NCBI GenBank assembly: GCA_907165135.1
Contig: OU015566.1
Coordinates: 868,001-932,000, forward strand
Source: Oikopleura dioica
Taxonomy: Eukaryota; Animalia; Chordata
Length of the DNA: 64,000 nucleotides
Direction of reading: 5' to 3'
The translations under genes and the position numbers were made by a program. Within the stretch, counting starts at the first letter, position 1. The number at the start of each line of letters is the position of its first letter. The notes under the pieces were generated by a model, which had not been told where the DNA came from, ran no database searches, and worked only from the letters and a program-made list of their open reading frames with translations. This document shows positions 21,995 through 32,821 of this stretch, piece by piece.

Positions 21995-23000
21995 CTTATA
22001 GAAGTCTTATTAATCCTCTTTTCTAGCCATCTATGACCTTGGGATCAAATGTCTCGTCCGCTCGCCGCTCGTATCAATCGTTTTAAAGAAAACCATTCTT
22101 CGTGGATCATATTTTCCGGCAAAGAAAAAACGAATATGCCTGGTGATTATCCTCGTTCACGCAACTTTTTTTTTACATTTTTTTATATTCAAAGTACCCT
22201 TTTTCAAGCCAGGTTTTCTGCTCGTTTTAACGATGAATTCCTAGCTCATTTTTTTCTTAAGGATGTCGACACGAAAGAAAACTACAGTTTTTATATCGTT
22301 GTTGCCATCCTTAAGGTTCAAATTAAGGATCTCAAGAGCGATAAATCTCAAGAATTTGGGTTTTCCCGGTCCTTGAAATTTATCGCTTGTGAGTCCCTTA
22401 ATCCTTCCCGAACCCCAATTATTTCATGTCTTGAAGTGGTAAATCCTCTTCGCATCTTTTTCTCCCATTTTTTCCTTCATGAACTTCTTGTTTCTCAACC
22501 TACATGTTTTCAACTTCGTTATCATTCAGAAATTGTTCTATGTTCAGTACGCGGTCGATTTCTTATCGTCGCAAAATTCAACCTTCCTTATTTCTTCTTT
22601 TCACTATTCGAAACCTGCTCTGAGAACTTTCAATTTTGACTGTTTTTCTTGAAGTAGGAATCAAGGGAATCAGTCAAGGAAGGTATTCTAGAGCTAGGTT
22701 TCATTCAAGTATTCTTTTTCATATGTAAAGTTATGCCTTGCCTTAGTTCATTCATATATTTCTAGTGATTATTCTGACTTGTTTTCTTTGTCATTTTTGG
22801 GTTCTTCTTTTAAAAACTGTATAATTATGGGAATGATTTTATGATTCGACAAAGAGCGCTCCAGAAAATGACAAAGAAAAGAGGTCAATTTGTTCACTAG
22901 AAAATCGAAGATCTGGTTTATTTTTAAAAACTTGCTATCCTGTGCCGTCGGACGCGGCATTTGCTCTTTGAGGTCGCATCATTCTCTGTCGATTCATTCG
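21995..23000 (-). CDS. Possible uncharacterised multi-exon gene (poorly resolved)
   Basis: Exon-like pieces such as EFIVKTSRKPGLKK|GIFVFSLPENMIHEEWFSLKRL joined by GT-AG; upstream exons could not be phased. Confidence 0.25.
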
Positions 23001-23351
23001 ACAAAACTTTGTTTCTAGAGCTACGTTATGATTCTCATTGTCCGATGCTGTATTATTCTCAATTACAGGGTCGTTCAATTGTGACTGAAAAAATCTAAAC
23101 CGAAAAATTCTAAATTCTTCGCTTAAATAATTTTTTTAAAAAGCTCAGAACTTTAATAAACTGTTTCAAAATTTTTTTTTTCAAATTCAAACCGTCAATT
23201 CTTGCGAATAAAAGAAATCAATTATTCTTTTTTCTGTTGATTTTTATTTTGATTAGAAAATAACTGGTTGAGATCATCATTGATTCTTGAAGGCAAAATT
23301 TTATATTTTGAAAGATCAGAGCAGTTTGAGTAAATTTCAAAAGCAAAAAGG

Positions 23352-26300
23352 TCAATTTTTCGTTGAGTTTTTGATAGTTGTGTCAAGAATGAGCTTCTTT
23401 TTAAGATTCACTTCGGTTTCGCACATCGGAGCAAAATTTTCACAAGGATATTTGACAGCTGGTTCTTCCGCCATTTTTCGGGCAATCACAAAAGAAAGCT
23501 TGAGTATGTCGAGTTTTTTATCTTTCGAAGCCAAAACGATAGATTCGTTTAGCGCTTGAAAACAGTCATGAATCATGAGATAGAAAATGGACGATCGAAA
23601 AAATATTGAAATTACCTTTGAGAAAAATTGATCCATCGTCTTGATGGGCAGAAGTCTGGAATGGCGACGCATGAATGATGATTGTATTTGGTGGAATTTC
23701 TGGCGAAGGCGAACATTCAGGTTCAACCGGTTTTTCTTCGTTGATTTCCTGATTTGGGATTTCTGTCATCTCTTTTCTGTCATTTTTATTTTGGTTTCTC
23801 TTCGGCAATGCACTTCCAGCACCTCCAGCGGCCGGTGAGCCTCCAATAACAGGAGGCTTGTCCGTCGGCGTAGCTGGATCTTTTGGCAAAGTTGGAGGAC
23901 TAGTCGTTGGTGCTTTGGGACTTTTTTCCCGATCTTCCGAATCTTGTTCCCGTTCGTCTTTTTTGCGTCGCCACGCATTTTCTGTATAATCACTGTTTTT
24001 GCCATAGCAGTTGTCGGCGAAAATAATTTTTGGAACGTCATCTATGTCAATTTTATATTTGCATTGAGGTTAATGCTTACCATGAAGGATGTTTATCAAT
24101 TTGTTGAGACTTATATCCCCATGTGAAAGGCATATTTTCTTCCCTTGTGCATCATAATAACCATGTGAACTTATGTAAAGAACTGAAAAACTATGAGATT
24201 CGAGTCATACGACATATGTACCGATTGGACATTCTTGCTCATTCTTGAAAGATTCTAGCAAATTCTTAGCTTCTCCCACTGTGACCTCGTTCAAAAGTAC
24301 ATTCCAAATTTCTGAATTTGTTTCCTTTCTTATCAATCTGTAGACATCGTCATTTTCTCTCATCTCTGGTGGATTTGTTTGATTTTTGATCAGGGCTCTC
24401 ATCAAATCCCTGCCGTCATTATTCTCGATAGGAACTGGGTTCTTTCTTGTACATGTATTGTTTTGATGGTCATCTATGATTTCCATTTGCCAATTAAATT
24501 TTCCAGCAATTTGAAAATGTTTGAAAGTTTCTCCAAAGTAACCATTGACAATTTTTATAAAATCTTGAAGAAAAAAAAAAGTTGATATTATCAATTACCG
24601 AATTAAAAATACCTCTCATGTCATTATTATCAAGACAGGCATCTCCGACCTCCTCGAAATTGTTGACAATAGCAAGAAAAATTGGAGCATAAGGAATATT
24701 GTACTCATAATCATCATCATCGGAGTATGAAGAATAAGCTTGTCCATCAGCGCGAAATTTCTCTATATTGACGAACCCATTGTCCCAAAGGAGAGAATGA
24801 GTGAAAATAAATGATTCTTTGGACGGCTACTGCAGAAAAAATATCTATGAAGACTTCGGTTTTTTAGAGAGAGATAAAAAATTTTGAGCCTGTCCTTGGT
24901 ATAAAATTTTATTAAAATTTCTTTCATACTTTGTTTTAGCGAACTCCAATATCAAATCCATACATAAATTGAGACCTTCATCCAGAGTTCGAAATCTGAA
25001 AGAAAATGGCGACTGCCACTTTACTATTACAGTGAAAACCCAAAAATTGCCCACCAAAATTTGGCCGCTTTTTGTCAAAATCCACCTTTTTTCGAACCTG
25101 AAATCAACCGAAAATTTGGCCGCTTTTTCAAAAATAAAAATTTTCCATCAGAATTGGGCCAAAATGATGCTATTTCTGATCATTTTTAGGTTTTTTCAAT
25201 CTTTTTTCAAGTGTTTATATCATTTAAAATCACTCAAATCAAATAGGAATGTCTTAAAACAAGCAAAAATTTGAATAAAATTTATCAAAAATGTAAAAAT
25301 CATGCCGATTTTCGAAAATTTCGAAGCTTAGGTTTTTGAAGGGGAAACTTGGCTACCCGGCAAAAAACCAAAAATTTGGCCGCTTTTTTCGGGAATTTGT
25401 ATCTAAAAACCGGCCAATTTTCGGGTTTTTACTGTATACCCATATTACTTATAGAATTTTTAGTCAAACAGAGTAAAAAACAGTTTTTTCGACAAGTTGA
25501 ACATATAAAAGAAACGTTTTTCGAAATATGAATGTCTCTTTTGATAGAAAAATGAAAGAAATAAGGTCTCGGGAGGAAAATTTGATCATTGACGTTATAT
25601 TTCTTTGTCATTCTAGAAGAAAAATAAATATCTTCCGAAATGGCAGTAAGTTGGCAGCTGCCAGTAACTGCCAGTATTCTTAAAACTGCCAAGTGACTGC
25701 AAAAATTGGCAGCTGCCAGTAGCAGTCGTGGCATTTTTGAAATTTCGAACTCTGCCTTCATCAGTGTCTTTTGCAAAAACTTTCATCGTATTTTGTCTTA
25801 CACTGTACGCATCGAATTTCTTCAATAACTTCTTGCTTGTGCTAAAGATATTGGTCCTCTTCTTTGCCATCCTCTTTTCATCTTCAATGGTTTTTGTCAA
25901 ACCTTCTCCAAAAGAAGTCGATTCATAAAAATTTCTTTAATTTTTCATTAAATTTGATCTACGAATCATCAAACCTCGGGTAAAAAGAAACAACCAATAG
26001 ATGATTGTCTATAAAAATATTTAAACCAATAAAAGAAACATTTTTATGTATCTTAAATTCGAAATATTATGTTAGCTTACATTTTGTGTCTTTGTTTTTC
26101 ATGATTTCCTTAAAGAAGTAATGCAGCTTTGTTTAAAATTTTTTTGTTGATGGGAAAGGGGGGGGGGGTCCATGAACCGACAAATTTTTGTTATCCCAAT
26201 TTTTCAACCAATCAAAAGCCTTGATTCGGCAAACTGGCTAATCAGCAGCCAAGAAGCCGACAAATCAAAATTTGTCGATTTTTTTTTTCGTGTCTGCAGC

Positions 26301-26726
26301 CAAAAAAGCTGCATAACAATTCCTTTAGAAAAAGACCTAAATGACATTCTTTGTTCTCGAAAAGAACAATTTCTCCTTCATCAGATGTTTTTCCATCAGT
26401 GAGGAGAATGACAATCAGGTTTTCAACGTCACAGAAATTTTTCGGACCATAGTACGAATCATTCAATTGCTTTTTCGCATGGGCGAAATTCGATGTGTGT
26501 ATAATTTTCGGAATAAGGCGATGCTTCTCCATCCGTTCAATGATATTTTTCTTTAAATAATCTCCAGTTAGAAATATTTTTAAGCAAATAAAACCTTTTT
26601 TATGTCGTAGTTTTCTTGAATTTCTCGATCTTTGACGGACATACCACAGTTTATTTTGTCTGGTGCAACAATTATAACACCACATTCATTTTTATATCTT
26701 TTGGTCTTTTCGACCTCTTTTTCCAT
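23352..26726 (-). CDS. Caspase-fold (clan CD) protein: N-terminal degenerate caspase-like domain plus a C-terminal domain with His/Cys dyad (may be two tandem genes)
   Basis: Second domain: YEYNIPYAPIFLAIVNNF, VLYISSHG, PKIIFADNCYG, long linker, then p10-like TIIIHASPFQTSAHQDDGSIFLKAL ... APMCETEVNLKKKLIL. First domain: CGVIIVA, ENLIVILLTDG, no catalytic Cys. Confidence 0.7.
25020..25430. repeat. Intronic repeat with AAAATTTGGCCGCTTTTT units
   Basis: Motif present three times, with partly inverted GAAAATGGCG / CGGCCAATTTTC arms. Confidence 0.55.
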
Positions 26727-26900
26727 GGTCAAAAAATAATTATGGTTCGTCAATAAACGCTCTTTCAAAAAAGCATTTTATGAAACTCAGCGAATTTAAG
26801 AGCATCGTAGATTCATTTCCGAGTCGACTAAGTTTCCGACTCAGTTTACGACTCAGTTTTGTTATTTTCAATCATAAATTTTTTTGTGATTAATGTTTAT

Positions 26901-27694
26901 TCAAATAGTAGGAAGAGCACTTCTGACCATCATTGATTTCCGAACAAAGGCAAATTCTTGTTCCGGATGGGCCATGACGTTGTGGATTTCTGATTTGTCG
27001 ATGAGGTCATTTTCACCCCAGAGTTTGTAGAGGATTTTCTTGTGGGCCTTTTTGCGCTCTGGGAGGCGGAGTTTCGATTGACTGAGGATGTACCTTAAAC
27101 ATAAAATTCGTTAAAAATTCCGAAAATTACCTGAGATCTTGGCATCTATCAATGGGATCCTGCAACTTCGAGAAATCAAACGGGCACTCGTGTTTCATCG
27201 GCATCTTCCGAATTTGATTGATCACAATAAAAATCTAATTCCGATTAGCTCTCATAAAATCCTTAATTACTTGGAGCTCACCCAAACTGTCCCGACAGCG
27301 ACGCAAACAGCTGCGATAAATTCAAGCCCTGTGAGAAAATCGGCAAAAGTCCCGTCATCACTGTTGAGGTTTAAGGAGATGTCTTCGCTTCCGGCGCCAC
27401 CAGTAGTTCCTATGTTTGATATTAATTGAAAAAGGATGATTTTTAGTGAAAAATTTATAAAAATTTCAATTTCAAATGGAATTATTTGAAATTAATTGAC
27501 TAACAAAGCAATAATCTATTAAATAAAATGGATTCTATTTGAAATGACTGTACCTGGATCCTGTATTCCTAGAAAAGGGAAATTCAAAACTCTTCCATGA
27601 TTTCAATTTTCAAAAAAAAAGTCAAACCTTTCGCTCCACTTTTTCGACCGAAAACTTCGTCTACAAAAAATATGAAAACCGCCAATTTCTCCAT
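26901..27694 (-). CDS. Uncharacterised single-pass membrane protein
   Basis: MEKLAVFIFFVDEVFG...|GTTGGAGSEDISLN...LEFIAAVCVAVGTVWV...|YILSQSKLRLPERKK...ALPTI*, joined by GT-AG introns. Confidence 0.5.
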
Positions 27695-28139
27695 CTCAAA
27701 TTTTTTCTCTCCCACTGAATCGCAAAATAGAAGCAAGAAAAAAGAGTGCAGCTAGCTGTTATGGTGCACCTGCGCGGTAAAAAGACAACTCTTCATTATC
27801 GATTGTAAAATGTTACTTCGGGGATTTATTATTTGCGACAAAATGGGCGGAAGCATAAATCATTTGTGAAACTCTTTAATCAAATTTTACAATTTCGACC
27901 AAGACAGACCCTGACTCAGGTTTTCTACACAGCTCGCTGAGACAGGACATCATCCTAGCATATTCGACCTGATGAAAAATAAGAGCGGATCCCTCCATTT
28001 CTATCAAAAGAACGTTGATTTTCGCCACTTGAAATCAATTTATCATTCATTTCTCGTCGGTTGGTAAAAGAAGCAAAAAGTTCACCGATCACTTCATTAG
28101 CTTAAAAGTAAGAAAATCGCAGCGCATTTGTGAGTTCAA

Positions 28140-28790
28140 GCTGAAGAGAAAATCATCATTTGGAGATGCGGAAAGATTCGCTTTTCCTGACGCCAAATGT
28201 TTCGAGAGCGTGCTCAAGAGCATCGAGTACCAGGTCAAATAAATCGACGGCTTCGAGTTTGGACGAGAGAGCGCATGAGTATTTGAGGCGAAAGTTCATG
28301 GTAGCATATTTTTCTACTCAAAAGAATTTCAAAAAAAGATGAGTTTTAAGGCTATTATAAGAAGGTTTTCTGGTCACAGCCAAAAATTCAAGTGATTTTT
28401 AAATAAGCAATAAGATTGCTATATTCGATCTACCGGCCAATCAAAACCCTGATCCATAACATCACTTCCATAAATTGATAAAACCCGGTCTTTTTGGCCC
28501 AAAATTCGGGCAGAACGAAAAATATGGAACTGATTTTATGAATAAAGATTTTGATTGGCCGGTAGGCATAATACAGCGATCTTATTGGCTATCGAAAAAT
28601 ACACTTCCATATTTGGTTTAGTCTTGGTTTTTGTTTTTTCTAGCTAGAATTATCAATTTTTAAATGACATGCAAATCACTGTCAGTAAAACGAATATATC
28701 AAGCTTCAAGTGAGCATCTATTTTTCAGAATCAAAAGTCAATTATTTAGCCGTCAAGGATCGGCGCAAGCTTTTTTCTTGCTGCGATGAA
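28140..28790 (-). CDS. Possible uncharacterised gene
   Basis: Segments MDEFFIAARKKLAPILD|DAHLKLDIFVLL and YATMNFRLKYSCALSSKLEAVDLFDLVL...; the junction between them is not fully phased. Confidence 0.25.
28358..28620. mobile_element. MITE family D (GAAGTGATTTT...AAAATCACTTC)
   Basis: Arms AATAAGATTGCT(A/G)TATT..CCTACCGGCCAATCAAAA in inverted orientation; related copies at about 5280-5390, 29560-29640 and 35733-35950. Confidence 0.75.
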
Positions 28791-30748
28791 GAATTCATCC
28801 ATTTCACAGCATTTAGTTGCAAGTTTTATATTCCTAATTTTCAATTTGCACTTTTTAATTCGAAAAAATGAGAGATTTTAACGGAGAAATGAACTTTGAA
28901 AAGAACTCGCGAAACCGGTTTTCTTTTTCTTCAGCTGCAAGCGACGATCCTTACCATCAGGGCCGGTTTGATTCGAAAAAATGAACGATTTTGATGGAGA
29001 ACAAATCTCGATTTGTATCCAACAATCCATTAAACCCATTTTTAATTTGAGTTTTTCCTCCGCCTTTGCCACAAATCGTCATAAATAACTGATTATTTCA
29101 CAATTTTACATGTTTCTTTTCTGAAAAATGCCATTTTCACGAGATTTATCGCCGAAAAACAACCTTTTTTCGATTTATTCACGAGTTCATGATGAATCGC
29201 TCTTTTCCTCGACAAAGTACACCTTCTTTTTTTCGTTCCTCAATTATCAATTTTTAAGCAAAATCGCTGCAAGAGAGAACAAGTAACCTGAAAGTCGAGA
29301 GACCAAGAATGGCGAGCCAAAAACTTGATTCTGAGTTGCGAAAAAGTGGGAATATCGATGATGGATTTTTGGAATTGGAGCGGATTGAGAACCAAAGTTC
29401 AAAATCATGAATTTGTAATTGGAAAGTTCAAGTTTAATGAAGAGGGCTTAGGGTACTAGACCGGGCAATTATCTTTGATGAGATCTGTTTTTTATCGAAC
29501 GATCTTTCTAACCTCCTTTTTTCTGCAAAAAAAGAGAAGAGGAAGCGATTTTTCGGGCTTAACCAATTTATAGAAGTGATTTTGTTGATCACGGGTTTGA
29601 TTGGCTGGTAGGCCAAATACAGCAATCTTACTGGTCATCCTAAAATGCACATTTATTTATTGTTTTAGCCCCCATTTTGAACCCAAATAGCTTCAATCTG
29701 AAGACAAATTGAAACTTTTCTTAACACTCGAGAATAGAAATAAAGCATTTATAATTGATCTCATTTGTTTTGGAAAAGCTTTAATGCAACCTGCTGGCGA
29801 CGGGGAAAGAATCTGTCATCAGCAGATTCAGGGTGCTCTTTTTCTTAACACTTGAGACTTTTTTTCGCCAAAGAAATAAATATTCAGAGTATTTTCAAAA
29901 GACTCCCTTCAAAAGGGCTTAGATAGGGAGATAGAAAAGGTAGAGAATACAAATCTTTGACGAAAAAAATACATATCAGTCGATAATTGGATTTATATGC
30001 AATAATCGTTGGTAGGGGCGTAATCTTAAACGAACGCATCGAATCAAACCGATTAAAAGGGATCAGGATTTATCAATGCATCGAGAAGATTGTCTTTCGC
30101 GCTAATGTCACGTCTCAGGATTTGGTTCAAGGATGAACTTACATGAAATCAGCCAAAAATAACACACATTTTTAAAATAAGGTTCTGAGATCTGACTGGC
30201 CTACCAAAGGAACGCAGACATCTGATTGACCCAAGTTTTGGTCGAAATTGTCGCATCTGTCATGAGCCAATAAAAAATTTCCGACAACCTTTGCGTTAAA
30301 ATTTTCAACCAATCAGAAGCCTTGATTCGGCTGACCGGCCAATCAATTGCCGAGTAGCCTCCCACGCAAAATTTGTCGAAATTTTTGTCGGTCCCTGACG
30401 CCATCCTGAATAAACGGCTTGGCATTTCATTTTGGGTAGAATAAGGGTGTCATTATGATATTTTTATAGTAAAAAAATCAATTTATGACTGTGATCTCTT
30501 CCTTTCTATTCAATCGCAAAGTCTGAACCAAAAAACAGCAGCCAAGAAAACACGCCTGATCCAGTAAAAATCAACAGCACCTCTATCTCGCCTAATCCAA
30601 GTATAAGACACGCGTTCGTTCAATATTATCTTCCTCCGCAATATCTTACATTTCCGCGCCGCTAGAAGGTGCTGCTAGCGGCTAAAAATTGGCACTGGTT
30701 CCTTTTTTTTCAATCAAATCAAAGCGCCTCCGAAAATACAATTTTAGC

Positions 30749-32743
30749 ATGAGTAATGATGAAGAAGAGGAATTCGTCTTCAGGTTTCAAAAATTGAAAA
30801 TTCGAGCTTGAATTTGATTTTTCTAGCGATAAATACAGCCCGGAATTTATCGCGAATTTGCGGGAAAAATTTAAGGAACGCTGTAACAGACAAAATACAG
30901 GAACAATCGGATCAACCGAAGATTCAGTTGGAATTCTTGGAAAAATAACGGCCGGACTCCAGTCTGTCTCAGAGACAATAAATGATATCGTAAGCAAGAA
31001 AACGAGGATGGTGTCTGAAATCGACAAAAAAATTCGACAAATTTTGCGTGGGCGGCTACTCGGCTGCTGATTCGCCGGTTTTCGGAATTCAGGCTTCTGA
31101 TTGGTTGAAAATTTCCACGTAAAATTTGTCGAAATCTTGTCGGACGAAACCGACGGTTCAAGACACCTCCCCAAAATAAGGTCTGACGAATGTTTTTAGA
31201 AAGATCAGCAGAAGACTTATGGTCTTGGAACACTCAAATTCAGCCTGGCTTATGATTTCGCTAGCTCGACGTTTATAGTGAAAATCATGAAAGCAGATAA
31301 ACTCCCCGCTATGGACATTTCCGGCACCTCCGATCCTTACGTCAAAGTATGTCTTTCTCCAACCCCTTTTTCTGTTCATTCTAGAGGTATGCCTGCTTCC
31401 CGACAAGAAAAACAAGCTGGAAACAAAAGTGAGGAGGAAAACTCTCAACCCTCAGTGGAACGAAACTTTGGTCTTTCAAAGTAACCGAGGGCTGGTTTTC
31501 TCCGATGATTAATTTTAAGATTACCCCTATGAAAAGATTTCCCAGCGAGTCTTGTACCTTCAGATGATGGACTGGGATCGGTTTTCAAGAAATGATCCTA
31601 TCGGCGAGGTAGGTCAAATGATTAATAATTTTCGGTTCATGTTTTTCATCTTAAATTAAGGTCTTCGTTCAACTGAATCGAATTCACCTATCATCAGACG
31701 CCCAAATCTTCACCGAGCCCCTCGCTCCCTGCACAGCTACAGTAATAGCCCCCCTTCTTCTCCATGATTTCTTTATATAAAATTCTCAGCAAAAACGCGG
31801 CCAGCTATTAATCTCGCTCATGTATGTCCCTCTTGAGGGCCGTCTCGTCCTGGGGATCATCAAAGGCTCAAACCTCCGCGCGATGGATCTCAACGGCTCA
31901 TCTGGTGAGGATCAAGTCCCTTTTTTCGAATCATAATCAATCGTTTAAGATCCTTATACGAAGATATGGCTTCATCATCGAGGGCAAAGGATGGAGAAAA
32001 AGAAAACTGCTGTCAAGAAGAACACGCTGAACCCGGAGTTCAATGAGCAATTCGAGTTTTATATCCCAATGGAGAAGTTGAAGGACTATACGCTGGAAGT
32101 TATTGTGATGGATAAGGATAGAATCGGAAGAAACGAGTGTATCGGAAAGGTAGGAATATGTGGAGGAGCAGAAGTGATGTAGCACTCTGACGAGTCTGCC
32201 AAGTTTGACGAATTAAGGTCCGACCGGGCTATCGGTCGGGCACCCAAAAATAAACTGATTGGTTGAACCCTTTTGTCAGTTAGGGGTTAGGGTTAGGGGA
32301 CAGTGACCACTAAATAGGGGTTCTGGCCCAGAACTTCTGGGGGTTGAACACACCTGAGTTAAGCCTAAGGAGGGGGGCGTTGGGGGGGGTAGCCCCCTGT
32401 GGCTAGGCCTTCGGGGGCAGCCCCCTAGATTAGCACTTATGGGGGAGGGAGTAGCCCCCTGGGTAAGGCTTAGAATAAGGGGCTGCCCGACCGATAACCC
32501 TACTATCTCGGAAGTGTTACCGTTATGTTGTTTCAGGTCATCCTCGGTCACAAGGGAAGCTCTTTGGAAAGACAACATTGGAGAGATATGATTTCAAGGT
32601 AAAGAAATAAATTTCTTCAATAAGCTGACGGGAGGGGTGTCCTTAAGCTAAGCCTCTCCTTAGGCCTTGCCAATCTCAGTTTTTTCAGTCCAAAGCTTCC
32701 GTCATCGCAATGGCACGTCCTCAAACTATCAAAATCAAACTGA
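30749..32743 (+). CDS. SYT7: Synaptotagmin-7-like tandem C2-domain protein
   Basis: [71 protein letters not shown]; C2[16 protein letters not shown]...[11 protein letters not shown]...[12 protein letters not shown]; HWRDM...QWHVL. Confidence 0.9.
32270..32515 (+). repeat. G-rich intronic block starting with TTAGGG units
   Basis: Many G4-G9 runs and GGGGCAGCCCC / GGGGCTGCCC palindromes inside a SYT7 intron. Confidence 0.6.
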
Positions 32744-32821
32744 CCACAACTTCATTTTATCATAATATTTGTCCAATCTGTATGCCAAATAAAATCTTCT
32801 TTTTAATAAACGAATCGATTT

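Noticed and set aside
22049-22639. 196-aa + strand ORF
   Set aside because: Phe/Ser/Leu-rich composition typical of the antisense of a purine-rich strand; no motif or splice support.
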